Notes under the pieces: generated by a model
Databases searched by the model: none
What the model was told of the DNA's origin: nothing
What the model saw: only the letters and a program-made list of their open reading frames with translations
From: an uncultured Gemmatimonadales bacterium
GTDB taxonomy: Bacteria > Gemmatimonadota > Gemmatimonadetes > Gemmatimonadales > GWC2-71-9
Assembly: GCA_963695555.1 (NCBI GenBank)
Contig: CAVOGR010000005.1
Span: 352,001-416,000, forward strand
Length of the DNA stretch: 64,000 bases
Reading direction: 5' to 3'
In this document: positions 1 through 8,793 of the stretch, piece after piece
Layout: every line of letters begins with the position of its first letter
Numbering within the stretch: position 1 is the first letter of the stretch
Position numbers and translations under genes: made by a program

Positions 1-45
1 TCCGGCTCGTCCAGCGGTGGGCTGAAGGTCAGCCTCGCGCCGCTC

Positions 46-1812
46 ATGCGCGGGATCAGGCTCATCTGGAAGAGTTCCCCAGGCTGGTCGCTGACTCAGG
101 TCGTCGTCCTCGTGGTCCAGGGGGTGCTTCCCCTGCTCTCGCTGTACCTCCTGAAGCTCATCTTCGACGCAGTGGAAGCCGCGTTGACGGACTCACTGGG
201 AGCGGCGGGCCTCCGCCGAGTGGTCATTCTCATCGCCGTCGCGGCCGGTGTCGCCGTTTTCTCTGCCGTCATGCGGGCACTGGGCGCCCTGGTGCGTGAA
301 CTCCAGGCGTTGACCCTCACCGACACCGTCCATGAGGTGCTGCACGACAAGTCCGTCGAGGCCGACCTCGAGTACTACGAGAGCCCCGAATACCATGACA
401 CCCTCCATCGCGCTCAACAGGAGGCGCTGGTCCGTCCCACCCGAATCGTTGCGGAGGTCGCGCAGGTCGGGCAGAATGCCGTGTCCCTGCTCGCCATCAT
501 GGGACTCCTCATCTCCCTGCATTGGGTGTTTGCGGCGGTGCTGCTGGCCGCGGTCGTTCCGGGACTCTTCGTCAAGATCTACTATTCCCGGAACCTCTAC
601 CGCTGGCTCCAGCGCCGCACCCCGATTATTCGGCGGACCCACTACCTCAATTCGCTCCTGACCGGCGGCGCCTTCGCGAAGGAGGTTCGCTTGTTCGGGC
701 TCGGCGCCACGCTCAAGGAACGGTTCCGCGACATGCGCCGCATCGTGCGCGTCGAAAAGATGCGCCTCGTGACCCGGCGCTCGGTGTTCGAGCTGGTCAC
801 CCAGGTAGGGGGCGTGCTCGCCGTCTTCGCCTCGCTCGTCTTCATCGCGCAGCGTGCCGTGGCCGGCGCCATCACCATCGGTGACATGGTCATGTACTTC
901 GGCGCCTTCCAGCGGGGTCAGGACTTCTTCCGCGAAATGCTCAGCGGTCTGGCAGACCTCTACGAGGACAACTTGTTCCTGTCTGACCTCGATGCCTTCA
1001 TGACCCTGAAGCCCCGGGTCATCGACCCCCCGGATCCTCGACCGTTTCCCCGTTCCATCGAGCAGGGAATCACCCTCGAGAACGTAACGTTTCACTATCC
1101 GGGACTCGAGCATACCGTCCTCGAGGATGTCTCGTTCCAGATCCGCCCCGGCGAACATGTGGCACTGGTCGGCGAAAACGGCTCGGGGAAGACCACCCTC
1201 GTCAAGCTACTGTGCCGTCTCTATGATCCCGATCACGGCTCCATCCGGGTTGATGGCACCGATCTGCGCGACTACGCGCTCGGGGATATTCGCCGGCAGA
1301 TCAGCGTGATCTTCCAGGATTTCGTCCACTACCACATGTCGGCAAGGGATAACGTGTGGTTCGGCGATGTCAGCGTCGACCCGGCGAGCGAGCGGATCAG
1401 CGCCGCGGCGGCCAGGACCGGCGCCGACCGGCTGATTCGTGGTTTACCACATGGGTACGACACGGTGCTCGGCCGGGAGTTCGAGGAAGGAGCGGAACTC
1501 AGCCTCGGCGAGTGGCAGAAGATTGCCTTGGCCAGGGCCTTCCTGCGCGAGACGCAGATCATCGTGCTCGACGAGCCGACAGCCTCGCTGGATCCGCGCT
1601 CGGAGGCCGAGGTGTTCGCGCGGTTCCATGAGCTTGCGCGAGGCCGCACGGCGATCCTCATCAGCCACCGGTTGTCGACGATTCGGATGGCCGACCGCAT
1701 TCTGGTGCTGGCCAATGGGCGGATCGTCGAAGCCGGTACGCACGACGAGCTGATGCGGTCCGGAGGGCAGTACGCCGAATTGTACGAAATTCAAGCGAGT
1801 AAGTACCGGTGA
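46..1812 (+). CDS. ABC exporter, fused permease + ATP-binding domain (type often seen in lasso/PqqD-associated loci); frame is open to the window edge, so the true start may lie upstream
   Basis: Hydrophobic TM segments, Walker A GENGSGKT, signature-like LSLGEWQ, Walker B IIVLDEPT, ISHRLST. Confidence 0.92.
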   Translation: MRGIRLIWKSSPGWSLTQVVVLVVQGVLPLLSLYLLKLIFDAVEAALTDSLGAAGLRRVVILIAVAAGVAVFSAVMRALGALVRELQALTLTDTVHEVLHDKSVEADLEYYESPEYHDTLHRAQQEALVRPTRIVAEVAQVGQNAVSLLAIMGLLISLHWVFAAVLLAAVVPGLFVKIYYSRNLYRWLQRRTPIIRRTHYLNSLLTGGAFAKEVRLFGLGATLKERFRDMRRIVRVEKMRLVTRRSVFELVTQVGGVLAVFASLVFIAQRAVAGAITIGDMVMYFGAFQRGQDFFREMLSGLADLYEDNLFLSDLDAFMTLKPRVIDPPDPRPFPRSIEQGITLENVTFHYPGLEHTVLEDVSFQIRPGEHVALVGENGSGKTTLVKLLCRLYDPDHGSIRVDGTDLRDYALGDIRRQISVIFQDFVHYHMSARDNVWFGDVSVDPASERISAAAARTGADRLIRGLPHGYDTVLGREFEEGAELSLGEWQKIALARAFLRETQIIVLDEPTASLDPRSEAEVFARFHELARGRTAILISHRLSTIRMADRILVLANGRIVEAGTHDELMRSGGQYAELYEIQASKYR

Positions 1813-3113
1813 CCGACACGATGACGGCAAGGGAGACCGCCTCTCTCGAGAGCCCCGCCTTCCAGGATCAACGGGTGGCGCTCGACTTCCTGGTCGCCAA
1901 CCTCCGCCAGAACCGGTCCGGCGCCACCATGAAAGGCCTGACGCCCGCCGTGTGGGACAGTGTGGCGGCCCAGTCGGCCCAGCAGAAGCTGGGGCCCCTT
2001 GCCTATCATCGGCTCATCACTGGACTGGACGCGCTGCCGATGCCGGAGCCGGTTCGCGAGCGGTTGCGAACCTTCTATGCCGTAGGGCAACTGCGCACTA
2101 CGCTGCTGCTCAGAGATGCGACCCATGTGATTGGAGCGCTGCAGGCGGCCGGTCTGTCCGTGATGGTGTTGAAGGGCCTCCACCTTGCCATGCAGGTGTA
2201 TTCGGAACCGGGACTCAGGACCATGTCCGACATCGACATCATGGTGCCGGAGCGCGACCTGGCAACGGCCGAGGCGGTGCTCGTGGGTCAGGGTTTCGGT
2301 CCTCAGCCGAGGCCCGATATTCAGGAGTTCTGTCGCCGGTCCAACCACCTTGCCCGCCTCAGCCGTCCGAAGGCGGTACCGGTGGAGGTGCACTGGACCA
2401 TCGAGCGTCCGACCAGCCCGTTCACCATCGACGTTGACGCGCTCTGGAGGCGTTCGCAGACGATTGCGCTCGGGGGCCTCGAGGTCCTGGCCTTGTGCCC
2501 GGAGGACCTGCTACTCCACCTGTGTCTGCACACCTCGTATCATCATCGCTTCGATCGGATGGCGCTCAAGGGACTCGTGGATATCGACATGGTGGTGGCA
2601 GCGTTCGAGGGTCGCCTCGATTGGCGGCAAGTCGCTCGGACGGCGCGGGACTGGAGCGCCGGGTCATATGTCTACAGCACCTTGCGGCTGGCGACCATGA
2701 TCCTCGAAACACCGGTGCCCAAAACCGCGCTTGCTGCCCTGGATCGGAAGATGGAGGACGAGGCCGTCGTCGAGCTGGCCCGGCAGTTCGTCCTCACGCC
2801 GATCGTCGATCTCCCGCCCGGCTTCCGTGAGATCCGGCTGTCCAGGTCGCTACCGAAACAGGCGGCCAGCGTTGCGCGGGGGATCTTCCTGCCAAGACGT
2901 CACTTGCGGCGCCTCTACCGCCTGCGGGAGGGATCGCCGTTGGTGTACTTGTACTACGCGGTGCGCGTCTTCGATTTGCTGCGTCACCGCGGCGCCCTCG
3001 GCCTTCAGGTCCTGCTGCACACGCGACGGGTGCAGCCCGCCTTGTTCCGGGAAGCAGCCCGAAAGCGGATCGCCGCGTGGGTCGGGACAATGCCAGCCAC
3101 TCCAGAGGAGTAG
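1809..3113 (+). CDS. Nucleotidyltransferase family protein (NTP_transf_5-like)
   Basis: VLKG...R.MSDIDIMV motif, VEVHW, EDLLLHLCLH; GTGA overlap with ABC gene. Confidence 0.85.
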   Translation: MTDTMTARETASLESPAFQDQRVALDFLVANLRQNRSGATMKGLTPAVWDSVAAQSAQQKLGPLAYHRLITGLDALPMPEPVRERLRTFYAVGQLRTTLLLRDATHVIGALQAAGLSVMVLKGLHLAMQVYSEPGLRTMSDIDIMVPERDLATAEAVLVGQGFGPQPRPDIQEFCRRSNHLARLSRPKAVPVEVHWTIERPTSPFTIDVDALWRRSQTIALGGLEVLALCPEDLLLHLCLHTSYHHRFDRMALKGLVDIDMVVAAFEGRLDWRQVARTARDWSAGSYVYSTLRLATMILETPVPKTALAALDRKMEDEAVVELARQFVLTPIVDLPPGFREIRLSRSLPKQAASVARGIFLPRRHLRRLYRLREGSPLVYLYYAVRVFDLLRHRGALGLQVLLHTRRVQPALFREAARKRIAAWVGTMPATPEE

Positions 3114-3146
3114 CACGATCTAAGGCTTCCTCGCAGGCGCAGTGGC

Positions 3147-3932
3147 TCAGGGCTTTCGGGCCTCGATCAGCGCCGACACCACGTAGTCCTCGAGGTTCCC
3201 GCCGGCTGACCACTCCTCGATCAGCTCGCGCTGCTGGTCCTGGGGCCGGATGCTCACGTCCACGAACCCCGCCTCGGCCAAGATCGATTCGATCTGCCCC
3301 GCCGTGATCGCACCGGACACACAGGCGGCGTAGGCCTTCAGGTCTTCCTTCAATGCATCGGGCAGCGGTGCGGAGGCGACCACGTCGGCCACCGCCAGCC
3401 GCCCGCCCGGCTTGAGCACCCGGTAGACCTCGCGGAACACCTGCGCCTTCTCGGGCGACAGGTTGATGACGCAATTGGACATGACGACGTCAGCGGTGCC
3501 GTCGGCCACCGGCACGTGCTCGATCTCACCCAACCGGAAGCTCACGTTGGATATGCCGGCCTTCCGAGCATTGTCGCGGGCCTTGGTGATCATCTCGGGT
3601 GTCATGTCGACGCCGATGACCGTGCCTGAATCGCCCACCTGGCGCGCGGCCAGGAAACAATCGAAGCCGGCGCCTGAGCCCAGGTCCACGACCGTTTCGC
3701 CGGAACACAGTGAAGCGATCGCGTGCGGGTTGCCGCACCCGAGGCCCAAGTTGGCGCCCTCCGGTACTCCGGCAAGTTCCGCGGCCGAGTATCCCATGGC
3801 CGTGGCGAGTTGCGCAGGTTTCGTGGTATCGGGGCCGCATCCGCACCCGCAGCCAGCCTGGTCCTTCACGGCAATGTCGCCGTAGCTCTTACGGACGGTG
3901 GTGCGGAGCTCGTCCGGTGAGGCGTGCTTCAT
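3147..3932 (-). CDS. arsM: Arsenite S-adenosylmethionine methyltransferase
   Basis: NLGLGCGNP, VVDLGSGAGFDC, SNCVINL, ACVSGA; coupled to ArsR gene. Confidence 0.92.
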   Translation of the reverse strand: MKHASPDELRTTVRKSYGDIAVKDQAGCGCGCGPDTTKPAQLATAMGYSAAELAGVPEGANLGLGCGNPHAIASLCSGETVVDLGSGAGFDCFLAARQVGDSGTVIGVDMTPEMITKARDNARKAGISNVSFRLGEIEHVPVADGTADVVMSNCVINLSPEKAQVFREVYRVLKPGGRLAVADVVASAPLPDALKEDLKAYAACVSGAITAGQIESILAEAGFVDVSIRPQDQQRELIEEWSAGGNLEDYVVSALIEARKP

Positions 3933-4291
3933 CTCGATGTTCTCCTTTTCGCTTGGCGTGCTGTTGGGCTGACGAAACCGTAAAAGAAGTCTCCCAGGTC
4001 GCGCAACACGTCCGGCTCAACCCAGCAGCGGATCTCACGGCCACACCGTTCGGTCGCGATCAGGCCGGCCCGGGTCAGTTCTTTCAGGTGATGGGAGACG
4101 GTGGACGGGGCGATATCCAGCTCCGCCGCGAGTTCCCCGACACATCGCGGCACGGCCTCATCGGCAGTGCACGCGGTGCCGGGTGCGCAGCAGCTGGACA
4201 GCCGGTGGAAGATCTGGAGCCGGTGCGGGTGGCCGAGGGCCTTGAAGGCATCCGCCAGGGGGGGCACAGCAATAGTTTGATGATTCGACAT
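3929..4291 (-). CDS. arsR: ArsR/SmtB family metalloregulator with Cys-rich insert
   Basis: FKALGHPHRLQI, CVGELA, STVSHHLKEL..AGLI; SCCAPGTAC. Confidence 0.9.
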   Translation of the reverse strand: MSNHQTIAVPPLADAFKALGHPHRLQIFHRLSSCCAPGTACTADEAVPRCVGELAAELDIAPSTVSHHLKELTRAGLIATERCGREIRCWVEPDVLRDLGDFFYGFVSPTARQAKRRTSR

Positions 4292-4299
4292 ACATCAAA
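4276..4299. promoter_or_regulatory. Putative ArsR operator (inverted repeat) overlapping the arsR start codon
   Basis: TTTGATG-N10-CATCAAA in an AT-rich patch spanning the ATG. Confidence 0.55.
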
Positions 4300-4382
4300 A
4301 TATATGGACCTACCACGCCGCGGCAACCCCCGGCCCATGCAGACGGGGGTCGCGCGGGCGGGCCGGTCAGCTGATCAGCGGG

Positions 4383-4949
4383 TCAAAACGAGCGATATCG
4401 CGGTGGTGCCATCCCATTCATCCGGAAATAGGGCACCAGCTGGCCGCGGGTCCAGTAGCCGTGCTCCAGCGCCTGGAGATAGACCCGCCACTTGGGCAGC
4501 TTCTGGCCGAACAGGGTGGTCTCCGCCTGGAATTCGCTGGCCGGGAGGTCGCGGAGACTCTGCGTTACCCAGTCATACGCGGCAGTAACCGCTCGGACCA
4601 GGGCTTCCTTGTCGTTCAGATACACGGCCGTATCGCCGAAACTCGGCGTGGGAACGCCGAGGATTCCGATGGCTACGAAGAGCGCGTTGTCCACGGCGGC
4701 ATGCTCCACCTGCTCGGCGAAGTCCCGCACCTCGGGAACCGGGGCCCAGCGGAGCGCCGAATCGGGAATGGCCCGCGCAAAGTCGATGTCCATGGCCTTG
4801 CCCTGCTCGAGTCCCTGGAGCAGCAGCGCTCGGATGCTTTCAACGGCGATGGCGGGCGTCGAGGCACGTTGCTCCTGTGCCGCGGCCGGCCGGGTGCTCG
4901 TTCCAAACCAAACAACCCCCATAAAGACGATCGCAAATCCAGCACGCAT
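4383..4949 (-). CDS. DinB family protein with signal peptide
   Basis: Signal peptide ending AAAQ; RDFAEQVEH and EHGYWTRGQLVPYFRMNGMAPP resemble DinB motifs. Confidence 0.75.
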   Translation of the reverse strand: MRAGFAIVFMGVVWFGTSTRPAAAQEQRASTPAIAVESIRALLLQGLEQGKAMDIDFARAIPDSALRWAPVPEVRDFAEQVEHAAVDNALFVAIGILGVPTPSFGDTAVYLNDKEALVRAVTAAYDWVTQSLRDLPASEFQAETTLFGQKLPKWRVYLQALEHGYWTRGQLVPYFRMNGMAPPRYRSF

Positions 4950-5229
4950 GACTCAGCCTCCTTGTTGACCACCTGGCCCGCTGGGCCGGTGCATCGGGCG
5001 GTTTTCGTGATAGCCGGGGGCATTCCCCGGCAGCGGTGCCGCCAAAAGAATAGAACGGGGACTGACCCAGGGCCAGAGCGGCTGGCTTGACGGCCTCTTG
5101 ACCCCGGCGTCCCAGGATGGGGCTGAGGTCCGGCGGATCAGTGCTTCATGGGGAATTCACGATGCCTTGGTCGGCATGATGGTAACAGTATGGAGACGGG
5201 TTGACCGCGGGTCGAGCTGGAGGTGCAGG

Positions 5230-6033
5230 GTGTGGGCGTTCGATCTCTCGAAGTGGTACGGCGACTGTGTGAGCGACCAGGGCACGGCGTTCATCGGGTA
5301 TTGGGCACGCGTGCGCTGGGGACCGCTCGTCCTGCCGTATGCTGCCACCCTCCTTCAGGTCCGAGGGCAGGCCACCCAGGAGCGACACACCCTGATTCCC
5401 TGCCCCGAGCCGGTGGTCCGACCACCCGAGCTTCATTGGGATGCGAAAAGGATTCGGGCCCAGGGAGTCTGGCATGTCCAGGTGCCGGGACACAGCCACC
5501 GTCTGGTCCAGTTGCCCGAGGGCTCGATCGACTGGAATTGCCAGGCGCCAAAGGCGGAGTGCCGCATCGACCTCGCGGACGGCACACGGATCTCGGGGCT
5601 GGGATACGCGGAACATATGCGCCTGACGATCCGTCCGTGGCAGCTTCCGTTCGACGAGCTCTGCTGGGGACGTTTCCTCGCCGCCGATGACGCACTCGTG
5701 TGGATCGAATGGCGTGGGCGGCACCCTCGCCAGTGGGTTTTCTACAACGGGCACGAGGAGCCCGGGCCCTCCACCATTGATCCGAATCGTATCGTGTTGC
5801 CTGACGATCGCGGTACTCTCGAACTCACAGACTCTATCGTGCTCCGGGAAGGACGGCTGCTGACCGGCCCGCTGCGGGCGATTCCTGCGGCCTCGCTCCT
5901 GCTCCGCGGCGGGTTGAGACACGCAGACGAAGCCAAGTGGCTGTCGCGCGGGACGTTTACCACTCCGACCCGCACGAGTTCGGGGTGGGCCGTGCACGAG
6001 GTCGTGCGGTTGACGCGGGGTGAGCCATGCTAG
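5230..6033 (+). CDS. Hypothetical Trp-rich beta-barrel protein, weakly CrtC/AttH/tocopherol-cyclase-like
   Basis: GGAGG RBS before GTG 5230; KWYGDCV, GLGYAEH, LCWGRF; overlaps next gene. Confidence 0.6.
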   Translation: MWAFDLSKWYGDCVSDQGTAFIGYWARVRWGPLVLPYAATLLQVRGQATQERHTLIPCPEPVVRPPELHWDAKRIRAQGVWHVQVPGHSHRLVQLPEGSIDWNCQAPKAECRIDLADGTRISGLGYAEHMRLTIRPWQLPFDELCWGRFLAADDALVWIEWRGRHPRQWVFYNGHEEPGPSTIDPNRIVLPDDRGTLELTDSIVLREGRLLTGPLRAIPAASLLLRGGLRHADEAKWLSRGTFTTPTRTSSGWAVHEVVRLTRGEPC

Positions 6034-7952
6034 GGAAGCTCCTCTATGGATTCCTCTTCGTGGTGCTGGCCCCGGCGCTCCTCGTGTGGTGGGCCGCGGC
6101 GACCGCCGCGACGGTCACGCTGCCGACGACCCCTTTCCTTTGGGTTGGCCTTCCCGTGATTGCCGTCGGCATTGCGCTGATCGCGGCCGGTATGGGCGCC
6201 CTCATGGTGCTCGGCCACGGCCTTCCCATGAACCCCTACCCGCCGCCGGTCTACGTGGCCCGCGGGATCTATCGGTTGACACCGCACCCCATCTATGTCG
6301 GCTTCGTCCTGTGCTGCTTCGGGACGTCCATCGTGCTCGAGTCGGCGAGCGGGCTCTGGCTCGTCTCTCCGATGGTGGCGTTGGCGCTGACCGCGCTCGT
6401 CATGGGGCACGAACGCCATGACTTGATCCGCCGCTTTGGTAAGGGGGCCATACATCGACCGCTGGTGTCGCTCCCGCCGGATCGCCCGGATGCACCCATG
6501 TGGTGGGATCGCGCGTCGGTGTACCTGCTGGTGTTCCTGCCCTGGGCGGCAGCATTCGAAGCGGTGTACGTGTTGGGTGTGCCTCCGGACGGGATCGTCG
6601 GCTATCTCCCGTTCGAACGCGCTTGGCCGGTGCTCGAGTGGACCGAGGCGGTCTATGCGAGCGTCTACCTCTTCGTCCTGGCGGCGCCGCTGGTCGTGGG
6701 TACGCAGCGCGCGCTCCGCACCATGGCGGTGACCGGGCTGGTCGCGACGGTCGTGGTCACCCTTATCTACCTTACGGTTCCCGTAATCGTACCGCCGCGG
6801 CCATTCGAACCCCAATCGCTGCTTGGCCGAGCGCTCATGTTCGAACGAGCCATGTCGAACACGGTCGGCGCGTTTCCCGCGTTTCATGTCATCTGGAGTC
6901 TCATTGCCGCCGACGCCTGGGCCACCCGGTCTCGCGCCTGGGGCGTGACTGCATGGCTCTGGGCCGCGCTCATCACCGTCAGCTGCATCACGACCGGCAT
7001 GCATGCACTGATCGACCTCGTCGCGGCCGTATCCGTGTTCCTGGTGGTTCGGCATTACCGCCGGGTGTGGGATCTCATGCGACGCGGTGTGGAGGCCATC
7101 GCGAACTCCTGGCACGAATGGCGATGGCGCGGCCTGCGCCTCATCAACTACGGTCTCTACGCCGCGCTCGCCGCGGCGGGAGGCCTCTGGCTTTCCGGAT
7201 CGCTCGGCGGTCCACGGGTGTTCTGGCAAGTTGGGTTCGTCTATCTCGCCGGCCTGCTCGGTGCGGCGCTTTGGGCCCAGCAACTGGAGGGCTCATCCAA
7301 GCTGTCCCGTCCGTTCGGATACTACGGGAGCGTGCTCGGCGCCGTGGCCGCGTCGATCGTCGTCGGCCTCGTGGGTGGAGACACGGTGTTCATCGTTGCC
7401 CTCGTCGCCATGGCCGCCCCGTGGATCCAAGCCATCGGACGCCTGCGCTGCCTGGTTCAGGGCTGCTGCCACGGCAGCGAGGCGCCCGAGGCCGTCGGGA
7501 TCAGGTACTGGGAACCACGCTCCAGGGTGTGCGGGCTGGCCCAGCTCCAGGGCATCCCGCTACATCCCACCCCGCTCTACTCCATTCTGGGAAACCTCGT
7601 GATCGGTGTCTTGCTCTGGCGGCTCTGGTCGCTCGGTGCGGCGGTCGGCTTGGTCGCCGGGGTGTACTTCATGTTGGCAGGAGTCGCTCGCTTCATCGAA
7701 GAGTCCTACCGCGGTGAACCGCAGACACCATGTATCGGTGGCCTGCGACTCTACCAGTGGATGTCGCTCATGTCGATGGGATTCGGTATCGCGCTCACAC
7801 TACTCCCCGGCGCGAGCGCGCCGGGCCTCGTTCTGTCGTTCGATGTGAGGCTGGTGGTGGGCGCTATCCTGTATGGCATTCTGGCCGGGTTCGCCATGGG
7901 CGTTGACTTCCCGGCCTCGGCGCGGCGGTTTGCCCGGCTCGCATCACCCTAA
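6027..7952 (+). CDS. Membrane fusion protein: PEMT/ICMT-like methyltransferase + PAP2-like + Lgt-like domains
   Basis: GLPMNPYPP...GIYR..PHPIYVG; AFPAFHV...TTGMHALID; IGRLRCLVQGCCHG...HPTPLY...RFIEESYR. Confidence 0.8.
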   Translation: MLGKLLYGFLFVVLAPALLVWWAAATAATVTLPTTPFLWVGLPVIAVGIALIAAGMGALMVLGHGLPMNPYPPPVYVARGIYRLTPHPIYVGFVLCCFGTSIVLESASGLWLVSPMVALALTALVMGHERHDLIRRFGKGAIHRPLVSLPPDRPDAPMWWDRASVYLLVFLPWAAAFEAVYVLGVPPDGIVGYLPFERAWPVLEWTEAVYASVYLFVLAAPLVVGTQRALRTMAVTGLVATVVVTLIYLTVPVIVPPRPFEPQSLLGRALMFERAMSNTVGAFPAFHVIWSLIAADAWATRSRAWGVTAWLWAALITVSCITTGMHALIDLVAAVSVFLVVRHYRRVWDLMRRGVEAIANSWHEWRWRGLRLINYGLYAALAAAGGLWLSGSLGGPRVFWQVGFVYLAGLLGAALWAQQLEGSSKLSRPFGYYGSVLGAVAASIVVGLVGGDTVFIVALVAMAAPWIQAIGRLRCLVQGCCHGSEAPEAVGIRYWEPRSRVCGLAQLQGIPLHPTPLYSILGNLVIGVLLWRLWSLGAAVGLVAGVYFMLAGVARFIEESYRGEPQTPCIGGLRLYQWMSLMSMGFGIALTLLPGASAPGLVLSFDVRLVVGAILYGILAGFAMGVDFPASARRFARLASP

Positions 7953-8019
7953 GGGAGCAAAGAATGCAGGATTGATGCGCCGCCGTCTGGGAGCGCCTCC
8001 CATCCGCTGCTGCTGAGCA

Positions 8020-8070
8020 TGAAGGACTTTTCCCGAGAGATTCACCATCTCTTGGGCATCATGGTGTTAA
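8020..8070 (+). promoter_or_regulatory. Conserved upstream motif TGAA-N17-TTCA-N19-GTGTTAA (copy 1)
   Basis: Same motif and spacing at 41381-41431, both upstream of related lipoprotein genes. Confidence 0.6.
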
Positions 8071-8211
8071 ATGAGCCCTGGCCCTCGGGCTTCCACACCT
8101 CGCTCTTCGGTTCCCTCCTCTCCCCTCCCAAATGGTAGGGGAACGTTCGGGTATGCTGGGCAGCAAATCGTGGCCTGGTCATGCTCGCCTGAGCAAGGCA
8201 CGGAGGACTCT

Positions 8212-8757
8212 ATGCACACACGATCCATTGGTTCCGGGCTCATTGTGGCGGTCGCGTTGGCGGCGTGCGCGGGCGGCCCTGATGCCCTATCCGGTCCCGA
8301 CGCGAGCCTGGGCATTGACGCCAGTGGAACCCGGACCGTGACCCAGTTCGTGACCGGGAGCGCCCAATTCTACGACCAGGCTCGCCAAGCCTGGAGGACC
8401 TTCAGCATCAACGGGAAGGTGATGCCCGATGGACGCGTGGACGGAACTTGGCAGCTCAGGGTTCATCGTGGTCCCAACGGTGGTGCCAAACTTCACGGCC
8501 GGGTCACCTGCATGGTGATTGACGGCAACCGGGCGTGGCTGGCTGGAATCGTCGAGAAGGCGGTCGGCGACCACGCGGGAAAGGCCTACGGCTTCAAGGT
8601 GGTGGACAACGGTGAGGGGCGTCATGCGGCGCCGGATCAGTTCGCCTCTCGGCGCTTCCCTCCCTCGGCGGAGGAGTACTGCGCGGAGAAGCCGGATGAT
8701 ATGGCGCATCCAGTCCGTGACATGGAGGCCGGAAACATCCAGGTCCACGCCAACTGA
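8212..8757 (+). CDS. Predicted lipoprotein with a beta-rich 'DNGEG...GNIQVH' domain (resembles post-COAP-1-type domains)
   Basis: GGAGG RBS, lipobox ALAAC, similarity to C-terminal domain encoded at about 42465-42851. Confidence 0.75.
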   Translation: MHTRSIGSGLIVAVALAACAGGPDALSGPDASLGIDASGTRTVTQFVTGSAQFYDQARQAWRTFSINGKVMPDGRVDGTWQLRVHRGPNGGAKLHGRVTCMVIDGNRAWLAGIVEKAVGDHAGKAYGFKVVDNGEGRHAAPDQFASRRFPPSAEEYCAEKPDDMAHPVRDMEAGNIQVHAN

Positions 8758-8793
8758 GGCACGGACTTCCCCGGGTACACGAGCAAGCGAGAC

